Positions 41,401 to 49,613 of a stretch of DNA of 64,000 nt are shown piece after piece; position 1 is the first letter of the stretch; the number at the start of each line of letters is the position of its first letter. Origin of the DNA: a virus. A program made the translations under genes and the position numbers. Under the pieces are notes generated by a model. It saw only the letters and a program-made list of their open reading frames with translations. It was not told where the DNA came from and searched no databases. Where the stretch lies: the IMG/VR virus record IMGVR_UViG_3300028388_001496, positions 15,317-79,316 of that record. One strand, 5' to 3'.

Positions 41401-44400
41401 TCTTAAATGGACTCTTAATACTAATATTAGTAAAAGTGATCTGAAGCGTAATATGCGTAGGGCACAAGCTAATTCAGTTCAGCAGCATAGAGTTTTAGAC
41501 TTGTTTCAATATCTAAGTGGTAAAGGATCAGAGCTTAATACTATATCTACTGCTCTTAATAGTTTTAATTCTGGTATTGGTAAAAACTTGTTTTATTCTA
41601 TTGCTAAAGAAAAGCAATACTTGGCATTATTTACTCCAGACTATACAAGTAAGTATGCTAATCTTCATAATATAATTGGAGATTACATTTCATTGTCTGT
41701 TAAAAATCCTAACGTATCTAATCCAGAATATAATCAAGTTGTTATAGATTGGACTAAAGCTCACGTTAATGGTAATCAGAAAGAAGTATTAGATAAGCTT
41801 ATTAATGATGGTTTCTATCCTATTACACCTGTAGCAGATCAGGTGGGAGAGGATTTAAGGTATCGTAAGAATGTAGAGTTTATCAAGCCTAAAACAATCC
41901 CGGCTTTAGCTAGTGTATATGGTACGCTACTGAATAATAATATCTGGTCCGAGTTCTTTCCTTATAATAATGAGGGAGTATTAGAAACAGTACGACAACT
42001 TAAAAAGCTTAAAGGCTATTATGGAAGTTCTCTTAATAGGGATGCAGAACTAAGTCAAAAAGCTTTTAATGATATTAAAAGATATTTAGCTTCTAGAGGA
42101 GCTGGTGTTTTAGTTGATGGTAATCTTACTCAAGAACGTGCTAGATTATTTATTGATACAAATGAGAATAAATCTATTGCTACTATTGTTAAAGAATACA
42201 AAGAAGAAGGTAAGCTTAGAAACTTATTTGTAAATAGACTTAGCTTTGACACTAAAAAAGCTATTGTACCTTCTAGGATTCTTTATAAAGCTGCTGTAGC
42301 AGAAAACTTACATGAAAGAGAGATTTATCAATCTTTCTATTCTATGTTAATTAGTAATAGAAAACTTGATCCTAAAAACGGTATTGAGTATGATGTAGGG
42401 ATGGTAGCTAGAGATATGATAGCTGCTCAATTGCTTGGTAATGGTGTACAAGGTGCTGAAGAGTTTATTAAATACATTCCTATTAACTATCTGCGAACTA
42501 TAGGTTATTATGGTGCTATTACAAATGACTTGGTTAATAGTATAGAACCTGGCATTATTGTAAAACAAGCTATTCAACATAATCCTAGTTTTATTTATAA
42601 CTGGAAAGTAGATGCTGCCCTTAAAAAGGAGATATTAAAAGAATCAGAAGATGGTAGAAAAGTAATTATTGATTTAAACCGTAAATTTAAAGCTCCTGAT
42701 TTTATTGCTATACCAGACTCTACACATCGTAAGGGTTCTAGATTGTATGAACTTAATGAAGAACGTACAGAATACAATCAAATTCCTACATTAGGAGATC
42801 AAAATATCTACGAGTTTAATTTTGGAGAACCTAATGCTATATCTGCATTTCCATTTAATAATTTACAAGATCCAGAACCTGTAACTGTATCTACTGAAGT
42901 TGATACTGATACAGATCTTGTTAAACCTTTAAATGTAAATGATGAGATTATTAGTGATCCTCAAACTCAAACTGTAGAAGAGAGGTTTAATCTTGATAAT
43001 CCTAATGTATTTGATATTCTTACTAAAGTTACACAAAGTAATAATAGTTTACATAAAGTATTTGCTACTGCAATACTAAATTCAAATAATACTGAGATTC
43101 TTAACAAAATTAAATTTATTGTTGATCCCAGTCTTAAAGTAAGAGGTAGCTTTAATATCAATGATTGGACTATTAAAGTTAATCCTTTAGAATATGACTT
43201 TCCTGGAGAATTTGAAGCACTTTTCTTGGAAGAGGTTATTCATGCTGTAACTAAAGAAGCTATATTAGAAAATAAACATGGTGAAGTATTACAACTTAAA
43301 GCTTTAAGAAAAGAAGCTATTAATGCTGTAGAAGCTATGTTTAAAGCTAATAATCCTGATGCTAGTTTTAAAGTAGCTGCTGAAGCTATTAGAAAGAAAA
43401 TACAGGAAGGTAAAGCTTTATCTGCTTTGGAAGAGGATATTATTTATCCTCTTATGAATGATGAAGAATTTATTGGTCGTCTGTTTAAATCTAAAGAGCT
43501 ACAAAAAATTCTGAATCAAACTAAAAGCCAGAACGGTACTATAAGTATCTGGGATCGGTTCAAAAACTGGATTAGAGATATTTTAAACGGCTTAGGTTTC
43601 GATATTCAAAAAGGTTCTGTACTAGATTACAGTTTGAGTAATATACTAGAGCTTATTCAGTCTGAAAAGCCTTCTGCTCAAGTAATGGAAGAAATGAAAC
43701 GAGTTTCTCCTGTTATGAGAACTTTAAAACAAGTATATCAACAATTTGATTTAGTAGTAGAAACTGATAATAGATTCTCTCCTAGACTTATTAATAATGG
43801 ACCTGAAGTAGTTGATAAAATAAATAGTACTTATTCTAATATTGAAGCTTCATTTATTCCAGACGATCCATATAATACAGGAGAACCTACAACTACAGGT
43901 TATGTAAGATTAAAGTTTACTGAAGATTTTGCTCCTAAAGTAGAACGTAGTAATCTTAGATCATTCCAGGATAACTATAAACGTAGGATGCGTTTCTTAA
44001 AAGACGCTATTGATAAAGCTGCTGCTCAAAAAGATTTTAAACGAGTTGAAACTCTTAAAATACAATTAGATCAGCTAACTGAAAGAGAGAAAGATGTACT
44101 CACTATGGAATTTCTTGCAGATGCTAAAGCACAAGGTTTGCAAGATATGGCTGAAATTTCTCAAATATTTAAACGAGGAACTACAGTTGGTGATGCAATC
44201 TATATTAAAGAAATTACTGATTATTGGACTAACTTAGATCAATTATTATTTACTGAAGATGATCTATACTCTAGTGTTATTAAAGAGTTTAGAGAAATCG
44301 AGAACATGGCTTATCAACATCAACAAACTTTACATGATATTGAAGAAAATTATGCTAATAAAGTTCTCGACGATTATGGATTTGGTACTACAGTAGAAGA

Positions 44401-47281
44401 TATATTTAAGTATTATAAAGATGTAAATAGAATTACATCTGAAACTTTAGATATTAGTAGATTTGGTAATGCTTTAAGTAGTAATTTACTTCTTAAATTA
44501 AAAGAAGCAAATATTCAAGCTATTGATGAGTCTAGGGATATGCTTAAAGATCTGGAAGAAAGAGAAAAAGTTCTTCGAGCTGCACTTAAATCCATTGGTT
44601 TTACCGGCGAGGATACATTTGATGTATTTAGACAAAGAGATTCTAAAGGACGTTTAACTGGTCATTTAGTTCGTCGTTATAGTGCTGATTTTGTTAAGAC
44701 TTTAGGCAGACTTAAAAAAGGTCTTAATAGAAATAATAACAGACAAGTTTATGAAACTCTTCTTAATTGGTCAAGAACTAATACCAAAGAAATTGATTTA
44801 AGAAAGATTTTCCTTGATGCGGAAAGAGATCAAGATTATATTGACACTCTTAAAGAAGAAATGGGAGAAACTCATTACAATGCTTGGTACAAGAATCAAA
44901 AGGCTAAAATTGATCGTTACTTTGAACAAAAACAGAATTTTGAAGAATTGCTTGAAGAAAGAAGAAGTAATAACCCAGAACAAGCTATGGCTACTTGGGT
45001 TGCTCAACATTCTCCTTTTGTATATCAACGTCATTTAAAATCTGGACTTACTAAAGGATTTGAAGAAGGATTAAATAAGTTCCGTAATACTGATTTTATA
45101 GTATCTGTTCCTGCTAAAGAAAAGGATTATGATAATAATTTTAAAACCATAGAATCTAATAAAGATATTTATGATTTCTACAATTATTTCACCGATTTGG
45201 ACGCAAAATTACAGTCGCTATTGCCCGAAAAAGAACGAGTTAATTTGATCTATTACGGAATCCCGTATTTGCCTAAAACAGCCCAAAATGCGTTTAGGGG
45301 TAAGGGTATGACTATTGGTTTAGCCCCAGTTAAAGATGCAATCGCAAGAACTGTTAGAATAGCTGGTGAAGGTCAAGAAGATATAAATCCTATTACAGAT
45401 AGACCTTATCGTAATCTTGATATTAGTCTTACAAAAGACAATAGACTTGAATTAAAAGTTTATATGGAGAATAAGACTATAGAGTATCAAGAAAATAATA
45501 ATGGTCAACTACCTTCTAAAGAGTTGCAAAGTGAATGGATGGCCGATAAAATAAATGAATTGAGTCAGCAAAAATCATTTGATCTTCCTGCTGTACTTAG
45601 ACTTTATTCTATGGCTGCACATACTTATACTCATAAAGCTAGGGTAGAAGATTATATGCGTCTTGTTCAAAATATATTTGATAGACAAAAAGAAAATAAA
45701 TTAGATAGGGCTACTAATGAACCTATTGAAGGAAAAACTAAAGAAGCTAGTAATAGTTTTAGAAATACTAAAGCTGCGTTAGATTATACTGCTAGTACTT
45801 TTTATGGTATTACAAAATCTAATGAAGGAATAACTAGTGATAAGGTTTATACTACAGAAGAGAAAAAACTACTTAAAGATGTTGAAAAAAATATTCTTAA
45901 AGTAGAATCTATGTATAGATCTGGAGTTCTTAGTGAAGATCAGTATAATGAAAAGATTAAAGAGTTATATGATATAAGAGATAGTATTGGAGGAATTGCT
46001 GTATGGAGTAGAAGAGGAGATGCTGTTCTCAAGTATGTACAGCTAAAGGGAATGGGATGGAACTTTATGAGTGGTATTGCCAACATAGGTTTTGGTCTTA
46101 TTTCTAACTATATTGAAGCTGCTGGTGGTTTACACTATACTAATGCAGATTTAAACAGAGGATATAAATTAGTAAGAAGCAGTATGCTTCGTAATGCTAC
46201 TTTTAATCGTGTAACTACTCCTACTGCTAAGAAGATTCGTTCACTTATGAATAAGTGGGACGTACTAAAAGATGCTAGTAAAGAGCTTTATGAAAATGCA
46301 TTTGATTTAAGAGTTAGTGATAAACATAAGTGGTTAGAGCCATATAATATGACAGTACGTACTGAATATTTAAACCAGGCTCCATTATTAATCGCTGTGT
46401 TAAATAATAAGAAACTAACATTACCTGATGGTACTGTTACTACTTATTGGGATGCTTTAGATGAAAATGGTAATTGGGATACAGAAAAATATGGTCCCGA
46501 ACCTACTAAAGAACTTACTAAAGCTAAACTAAAATTGGATCAACTCATTAAACGTAATCATGGTAACTATGATCCTGTTTCAGCACTTAAAATTAAAGAT
46601 AAGATTCTTGGTAGAGCTTTAAGTCAGTTTAGAACATGGATGTTTGAAGGGTTTGCTAATAGATTTCAAAATCGTAAATATGATGCCCTTTTAGAAATGG
46701 ATGTAAAGGGTAGGTATGTTACTACTATGGATTTCTTTAAAGAGTATGGTTTTAAAGGTAGTATAGATGTACTTAAAGGTATGGTTAGACACCTTACTTT
46801 TGGTAAAGTCTTTAAAAATTCTGATTTTGATAGTATTATTAGTGATAATAACAAACTAGATAAAATTGATGCAGCTAACCTTAGAAAACTTATGGCTGAG
46901 ATTAGTATGTATATAAGTTTATATACTAGTTATATGCTTCTTTCTCTTGCTGCTGGAGAAATGGATGATGATGATAAGTATAAAAAGTATGCACTTAATC
47001 TTTTCATCAATCAAGGAATTAGACTTAAAACTGATATTCTGTTTTATAGTAATCCTCAAGAATTTAGAAATCTAATGCGTGATCTTATTCCAGCTATGTC
47101 TATTATTAAAGATGGATATGAGTGGGCAGATGCAGTAGGAAGATTTATACAAGGAGATGATGAAATTAAAACAGGAGTTTACTCTGGAAATTCTAGGTTA
47201 CTTAGAGAAACAGTACAAATGTTCCCATTTGGTACTCAAGTCTATAAAAATATCAACTACTCGGTTCAGACTTTCGACTAG
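32441..47281 (+). CDS. Virion RNA polymerase polyprotein (4946 aa)
   Basis: GFRIPTQ and catalytic MGSDFDIDK (D2749, nt 40685-40699); zincin-like segment ~aa 3597; hydrophobic N- and C-terminal ejection-type regions. Confidence 0.9.
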   Translation: MRKSIGELMKNQNTNPTPDPKEGRSIGASGAKLSRPFSEGDETYVETEAYKPYLGAPKGASAFNFDMDYERARALGQSNWEQAGNAVARLLPNTILEIANQVGATLDLEDYANADGEIGNWLSKWALERQQDINEALPIYREQPDRALDVGDFAWWMENGSELVKSATAFVALGYGVGVGLGSLGTLSKGTRAVKWLESIAGVDNVAKGAQAAGALTNAYILNHAEGYGIAVNVFDETYKEALQKYSNTPDVSPEEADRLARRDAARKGENALNLNKANIALNLSSAAMFLKAPMLTRHILKKPNLLRSLKRTGVEGLQESAEETINLIAEKRALADDFSLSAMIDDAFTREGAEAAFLGFLGGAGQTGMTLAGRDLKIRRDSEGNRVSDNQLLRDRLSTQEEQMAKWDAMSKAEKISSVTDAFLNLNEQAKAFQAYEAVKDSDPVKAEQIANKIFANQVYAAFNTGTTERFEQIFDEISKLDEDQAKAKGLDPKTYKQKATEAKETIKSLEKPFVESRGYLNANKVYGNQAELAYYRREEDKLKKEQENLLNSIIQYGADRKLDMTAESVENWKGVQDLPEYAQYTANKAALNVIEDRKKFLVDEYAEITSRKYQNKLKEDDRERINNLKSEEENQKGATAKANTVAKSKNVKKSIKKKQEATPPVEPTTVAEEPASIAQVDFGPGAEQATEAANKVLADKRTKVDTKIQQLETFRNKVNESSDEVLKNKVNIQVAQAIRVLKAEKTQQELKSKEEDQNNSAIEGIATDLANDFEEDFSPASENLEKQRSRINKMLDLLGSIEATGTDITNFQEVGTKIKGVLGEDRFIRYYQQFQDLYNIAVPEGKNNQPYEELFLDPAQEREILANDRSIAQAALPAQVFKLTEQELLEEIDKGYTKILEDQGYKRYKKENATEEGKRLDVAHNTVAHKDKDYRYTAKSSKTDRFNVLNFTLGKTDLNTYFTKNADEAVLDFDKINVGSKVTFKVVPEVVYDDGTVVRRRFIEWEKGHRVDGADIVRDDLSTIDDEFLGDIVDQAKSAKIVKINGENERGVSADIRVVTDDGAQTFTVFLKSNRKEFVEKVKDGNVQVLPMVTDAPIAMFWKGRRINGAYLHLPEWIRPDNVRGVEQSVEEQKARLTAIRDAVIRNGEITFEITERGDGFPLVDPNGIKNKTSAAMPEATLAVGKDGYFKKGINSHEVINKYIPADGWLYGIFPVNKNKNWATPLKPSSLEEHPDYVSTLTQVLQAHLIGAETKLVKDIRDELSIDILTLPGLKQFFDLFVYTSQKKDNNDDFKARVDSIRDEEALIEFTDYTIRFSRGNNNGNTTETLSSERIRTMNVPASERVITKAVKNLQKVLYNRSINPVANRFGKKDFKLPIIRNGELKVQTYDSYDNFIKDHSYTANYSYTLPSGKTIYTAQSTLRFDETRVIKPEVPTELETVEEPIESAQESEEDFDLLAGFEEDFAPKSLSRQQRRTIKRTTPDELDIKGVSVRIQEAIINHLVAEVVTRYAKKGDLNAFTYLDIFRKNKLSTFRKMYEEAIENAKSDNLKKQLKSKLNIVNSLDENYNKILAMTVERLQRVNGLVLDGRTIRKITKDIKEDNLDFEEKVNDDGEVRQENWQTNIFKTDYREKVSAEVKNLLTGIKKIKEDGSVEKTVFGLDAVLPFDRVFNDVTAITAFSNKGEDAISGPNFDNLVKLIEDQVENKPYLQQVVDTLRDADPQTQKQFTRVMSKHYTHHIYAFKTEDEDGVPKIFYSNSDRNSLQNAIRDRWAANLMASKLVTVNDRGTQLKLRASEVNKLRKLQKEIADDPKNEENIPKLVKLFNDLGVDVPTRFVERIFNNQFVMNGRIVPTKEVVAGSSGFIKNYLDRLDALKGKDLLKEKLYENFGAMNTFIEEAAKVYPSYYAHSFKDVRGENYFGYSQNKFIVDRIKQLKTDPDLIDRLQKQPFTRKSWMLTKLTENNNDGMNYLQYKTIDGINDGREGSKYHQMTTQEQELFKVGLFYSENKYNRSEDERYIVNTMYPTLSDKETAYSLRFLSRDFTKGALNGDLNIQWAKALFNNIVMPEARRKYTKQVNPENFEYSGMNEGSDVFLLFPELNMVKEMFEEGTHVIKDLDTDKKAYNAGVEAFKRIVDNLAKKRLDTFKGLGIVETVEGQNNAPSKEILTMVPRKKGTTALQEAYNYEINYLLSNMGVFQLFTTDPANYFKSKHWKTVAERVGTSTRMATLPFYTLEDFQKEHDDTFDNMGKRLAADSAPGEDIPGSDSDSFTIAHVSDTETESMFMDYYNSILDKADADQYKKMADTDAQEYTTIEEHLKIMESLGEISNSQRRSLLIKEGKGTLTGEDLDVILQPMKPRYVTNKWNGPIERRIYIKSSSFPLIKQLTKGLEIDKLREAMHKAKIDRVVYNTAFKVGGNLETSAVFNGDGTAVDKLVETLSRGEISGLPRTGMKIQQQVPPSIRLGDGKSDKNYITNPTQLVALITSMFREEAAFDISGKKNAKGKEVQDRLNENYQKLYQYKFEELRKELGYDPITNTLNTGRLRNILQAEAIERDYPLYDLLAFDITGEGKFQVPLWATGVSAKIQSMLNSIVFNRMIRHRPRGQSYVLGSNMGFKPVIKEGTEADEVIQSETGIVFDQSWLKESGGTLRPMRIERGEVKPAEVIAPFRMYDKTGKRLQLSKYVDANGNIDTSKLDPEVLEMLGFRIPTQGVKSMSYIKIVGFLPEASGDLLLAPSEFTIQMGSDFDIDKLYALMYHTNVTENGKVSVYKGGSVSKTIDNDNLRLYFSVLKSNSTYVQKQIASPLDFGQLKDLADEIYPIVKEQEDYIGISEGYQAYKYNNARAGKLAVGVFSNDMRLMANFADTGVYWRTKKGKQLSFNIGGVRNTPLSYPRAQTKPKAAVIEAFQSLAVDNENEQALHKLNINNRTFGFIRAMAMSGFEEDIISYVLAQPIVIDYVNELLKGATENEANSRARAPFVVEEDLKWTLNTNISKSDLKRNMRRAQANSVQQHRVLDLFQYLSGKGSELNTISTALNSFNSGIGKNLFYSIAKEKQYLALFTPDYTSKYANLHNIIGDYISLSVKNPNVSNPEYNQVVIDWTKAHVNGNQKEVLDKLINDGFYPITPVADQVGEDLRYRKNVEFIKPKTIPALASVYGTLLNNNIWSEFFPYNNEGVLETVRQLKKLKGYYGSSLNRDAELSQKAFNDIKRYLASRGAGVLVDGNLTQERARLFIDTNENKSIATIVKEYKEEGKLRNLFVNRLSFDTKKAIVPSRILYKAAVAENLHEREIYQSFYSMLISNRKLDPKNGIEYDVGMVARDMIAAQLLGNGVQGAEEFIKYIPINYLRTIGYYGAITNDLVNSIEPGIIVKQAIQHNPSFIYNWKVDAALKKEILKESEDGRKVIIDLNRKFKAPDFIAIPDSTHRKGSRLYELNEERTEYNQIPTLGDQNIYEFNFGEPNAISAFPFNNLQDPEPVTVSTEVDTDTDLVKPLNVNDEIISDPQTQTVEERFNLDNPNVFDILTKVTQSNNSLHKVFATAILNSNNTEILNKIKFIVDPSLKVRGSFNINDWTIKVNPLEYDFPGEFEALFLEEVIHAVTKEAILENKHGEVLQLKALRKEAINAVEAMFKANNPDASFKVAAEAIRKKIQEGKALSALEEDIIYPLMNDEEFIGRLFKSKELQKILNQTKSQNGTISIWDRFKNWIRDILNGLGFDIQKGSVLDYSLSNILELIQSEKPSAQVMEEMKRVSPVMRTLKQVYQQFDLVVETDNRFSPRLINNGPEVVDKINSTYSNIEASFIPDDPYNTGEPTTTGYVRLKFTEDFAPKVERSNLRSFQDNYKRRMRFLKDAIDKAAAQKDFKRVETLKIQLDQLTEREKDVLTMEFLADAKAQGLQDMAEISQIFKRGTTVGDAIYIKEITDYWTNLDQLLFTEDDLYSSVIKEFREIENMAYQHQQTLHDIEENYANKVLDDYGFGTTVEDIFKYYKDVNRITSETLDISRFGNALSSNLLLKLKEANIQAIDESRDMLKDLEEREKVLRAALKSIGFTGEDTFDVFRQRDSKGRLTGHLVRRYSADFVKTLGRLKKGLNRNNNRQVYETLLNWSRTNTKEIDLRKIFLDAERDQDYIDTLKEEMGETHYNAWYKNQKAKIDRYFEQKQNFEELLEERRSNNPEQAMATWVAQHSPFVYQRHLKSGLTKGFEEGLNKFRNTDFIVSVPAKEKDYDNNFKTIESNKDIYDFYNYFTDLDAKLQSLLPEKERVNLIYYGIPYLPKTAQNAFRGKGMTIGLAPVKDAIARTVRIAGEGQEDINPITDRPYRNLDISLTKDNRLELKVYMENKTIEYQENNNGQLPSKELQSEWMADKINELSQQKSFDLPAVLRLYSMAAHTYTHKARVEDYMRLVQNIFDRQKENKLDRATNEPIEGKTKEASNSFRNTKAALDYTASTFYGITKSNEGITSDKVYTTEEKKLLKDVEKNILKVESMYRSGVLSEDQYNEKIKELYDIRDSIGGIAVWSRRGDAVLKYVQLKGMGWNFMSGIANIGFGLISNYIEAAGGLHYTNADLNRGYKLVRSSMLRNATFNRVTTPTAKKIRSLMNKWDVLKDASKELYENAFDLRVSDKHKWLEPYNMTVRTEYLNQAPLLIAVLNNKKLTLPDGTVTTYWDALDENGNWDTEKYGPEPTKELTKAKLKLDQLIKRNHGNYDPVSALKIKDKILGRALSQFRTWMFEGFANRFQNRKYDALLEMDVKGRYVTTMDFFKEYGFKGSIDVLKGMVRHLTFGKVFKNSDFDSIISDNNKLDKIDAANLRKLMAEISMYISLYTSYMLLSLAAGEMDDDDKYKKYALNLFINQGIRLKTDILFYSNPQEFRNLMRDLIPAMSIIKDGYEWADAVGRFIQGDDEIKTGVYSGNSRLLRETVQMFPFGTQVYKNINYSVQTFD

Positions 47282-47322
47282 TAGTTGTGTTTTGTGTTTA
47301 TTTATTTGTTTAGTGTTTAAAA

Positions 47323-47352
47323 GAAAAGGGGTACAATTAAGTACCCCTTTTC
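47323..47352. terminator. Bidirectional terminator between convergent arms
   Basis: Perfect 12-bp stem gaaaaggggtac-aattaa-gtaccccttttc with imperfect flanking inverted repeat. Confidence 0.88.
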
Positions 47353-47391
47353 CGAATAAACAACTAATAAACAAATGAAGCTACCTACTTA

Positions 47392-47721
47392 CTAATACTT
47401 AGGGAACACTTCGACATCAGTAAATTTTTCTGCTCTTTTAGCTCTAGTATAAAACTTAGCACCAGTTGGAGTTTTCTTAATCTTTACAGATTTATTCCCA
47501 ATGTCAGTACCATCTTTATAAGTAAAGCTAATCTTAGAAAGATCAGGTTTTTCATTACTGAGGTTTCTTAAACTATAATATTGTTTATAAAGTTCATGAT
47601 ATTTTTCATCAAGTTTTACGTTTTCACGTTCAAGCTTACCTACTTTTCTAAAGTAGAAAACGTACTGTGCAAATATAATAACTATCGCACCGATTAGAAC
47701 AAAAATCATAGTGGTATTCAT
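47392..47721 (-). CDS. Membrane-anchored hypothetical protein
   Basis: N-terminal TM then coiled coil; ATGA overlap with the upstream gene. Confidence 0.6.
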   Translation of the reverse strand: MNTTMIFVLIGAIVIIFAQYVFYFRKVGKLERENVKLDEKYHELYKQYYSLRNLSNEKPDLSKISFTYKDGTDIGNKSVKIKKTPTGAKFYTRAKRAEKFTDVEVFPKY

Positions 47722-48422
47722 TTTTTAGAATTTAAAAGGTTGAAAATCAATTTATTAAGGTCTGCTTCTCGATAGGTACTAGGTTTTAAAACCTTACCTG
47801 TTTCAGCATTTTTAAACATAATATAACCATTTTTCAGGTCAACAGTTTCTACTTGGTTTCCTTTATCACGAAGTTCGGAAACTAACTCTTTTAGTTTCTC
47901 TTCAGTTATGTTAGTAGGAACAAGTTTACTCATATTAGAACTATGTACTTCTTCCATACCTTCATAAGCAATATCAGCTAAATTAAAAGTATAAAAGTTT
48001 CTATAGGTTACATATAAGAGATCAAGAAGAGCATCAAATACAGCAGTAACATCGTTCTTAGGGGCAGATTCAGCTTTCTCTTGTAATTCAACAAAATGAG
48101 AATATATTTCTCCTCTGCTTAATCCCATAGCAAAGCCAAGTTCCAATGCTTCTTCCATTATTAGTCTGAACGCTAGTCCAGTACCTTGCCAATCAGATAC
48201 AACGTGCGTATCTTCCTTTTTAACGGCAAAGGTCTTATTAAATTCAAGGATCATCTCAAAATTTGTAGGAGGCAATCCTTGTAACAAAGACATAATCATT
48301 GAATACTTCTGTGAGGGGGTCAGGAGTTCATCTATTGATACTTCTTTGCCTTCAGCACCTACAGGAAGGTCGTCAAGAATTTCGTACAACCTGGCGGCTA
48401 ATTTCTCTTTATTATGATACAT
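47718..48422 (-). CDS. MazG-like/PRA-PH NTP pyrophosphohydrolase
   Basis: LIMEEALEL, DALLDLLYV, EVHSSNMSK, GKVLKP. Confidence 0.85.
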   Translation of the reverse strand: MYHNKEKLAARLYEILDDLPVGAEGKEVSIDELLTPSQKYSMIMSLLQGLPPTNFEMILEFNKTFAVKKEDTHVVSDWQGTGLAFRLIMEEALELGFAMGLSRGEIYSHFVELQEKAESAPKNDVTAVFDALLDLLYVTYRNFYTFNLADIAYEGMEEVHSSNMSKLVPTNITEEKLKELVSELRDKGNQVETVDLKNGYIMFKNAETGKVLKPSTYREADLNKLIFNLLNSKK

Positions 48423-48895
48423 TAAACAGTTAAATTTGAAGCTTTATGCTTAGGTTTATTACTAACTTTAACATCAGTATCGTATGTAGGTTTTTTAACT
48501 TGACATACAATAGTAGAAGCAGGCATTACAAGTACTTCATAAGTTCTACCTTTAATTTCTACTTTAAATCCATGTTTTAAATCATATTCAGAAGCAATTA
48601 CTTTTACATATAGTTTATCACCGTAAAAGTGTTTGACTTGAATATTATCTTTAAGACTAGGACACATATCTACAAGCATACCTCCTTCTTGTTGTATGAT
48701 CTTTTGAACTTCCATCTTTACAGTATCAGGAATTTTAATTCCAGATTCAGTTTCTAATTTATCCAAAGCAGGATAAAGAAACATAATATTACCATTAGCA
48801 AGACTTAATACTTTTTCTTGACAAGCTGCTAAAGCAACATCAAAAGGTGGTAATTGTAATTCAGAAAAATCGTACTTTACATTGTTTATAATCAT
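48422..48895 (-). CDS. GroES-like co-chaperonin
   Basis: ETESGIKIP mobile-loop motif, GDKLYV, C-terminal beta strands. Confidence 0.5.
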   Translation of the reverse strand: MIINNVKYDFSELQLPPFDVALAACQEKVLSLANGNIMFLYPALDKLETESGIKIPDTVKMEVQKIIQQEGGMLVDMCPSLKDNIQVKHFYGDKLYVKVIASEYDLKHGFKVEIKGRTYEVLVMPASTIVCQVKKPTYDTDVKVSNKPKHKASNLTV

Positions 48896-48911
48896 AGTAT
48901 TAGGGTTTAAA

Positions 48912-49613
48912 TTATCTCCATTTAATAGTTGGTAATCCCATTCTCATACACTTTAGATCAGCTTCAATGAAATTTTCATGTTTCCATTGAGTATTATTAT
49001 AAGAAGCTGAAGCTGGATGAGAAGCAGTTAGTATGTAATTACCTTCTGGTTCAATCACTCTACCAAGAGTTTGAGCGTATTTGCCCCAGAGCATAAATAT
49101 AATACCTTTTCTCTTAAAAGACAGGGTTTTAAGGAAATTTGCAATAGCAGTTTCCCAGCCTAGATGTTTATGAGAATGTGGTTTTCCAGCTTCTACTGTA
49201 AGTACAGTATTAAGAAGCATTACACCTTGATCTACAAGATATTGTAAATTAGGATTCGCGTTTACTTCGCCGGTAAGAGGACAAGTTGCTTGTATTGTTT
49301 GCCATATCTTCCTTAAAGAAGGAGTCATATGTTTTTTAACAGCAAAAGCATAACCTGTAGCATTACCATCGTGGTAAGGGTCTTGTCCAAGAATAACAAT
49401 TCTTAGCTTATCAGGATGAATTTCTCTAAAAATTCTGAGTATATCCTGTTGTTCGGGATAAACTACTACCCCACCCTTTCTCATTTCCTCAACATCAGAC
49501 ATTGCTTTGCGTATAACATCTAAGGAAGTTTGAGAGAAATAATCTACCCAATTATCTAAATCAGGGTGGGGACTTTCAGTAGTTTTAACATCAGCAGAAC
49601 TAAAAAGATCCAT
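48912..49613 (-). CDS. ung: Uracil-DNA glycosylase (family 1)
   Basis: ILGQDPYH, QGVMLLNTVLTV, SH..LGWE, FMLWG, SHP. Confidence 0.95.
   Translation of the reverse strand: MDLFSSADVKTTESPHPDLDNWVDYFSQTSLDVIRKAMSDVEEMRKGGVVVYPEQQDILRIFREIHPDKLRIVILGQDPYHDGNATGYAFAVKKHMTPSLRKIWQTIQATCPLTGEVNANPNLQYLVDQGVMLLNTVLTVEAGKPHSHKHLGWETAIANFLKTLSFKRKGIIFMLWGKYAQTLGRVIEPEGNYILTASHPASASYNNTQWKHENFIEADLKCMRMGLPTIKWR

Noticed and set aside
32441-47281. Intein or intron explaining the RNAP size
   Set aside because: No intein splice or LAGLIDADG motifs recognised and the frame is uninterrupted; a divergent element cannot be excluded by eye
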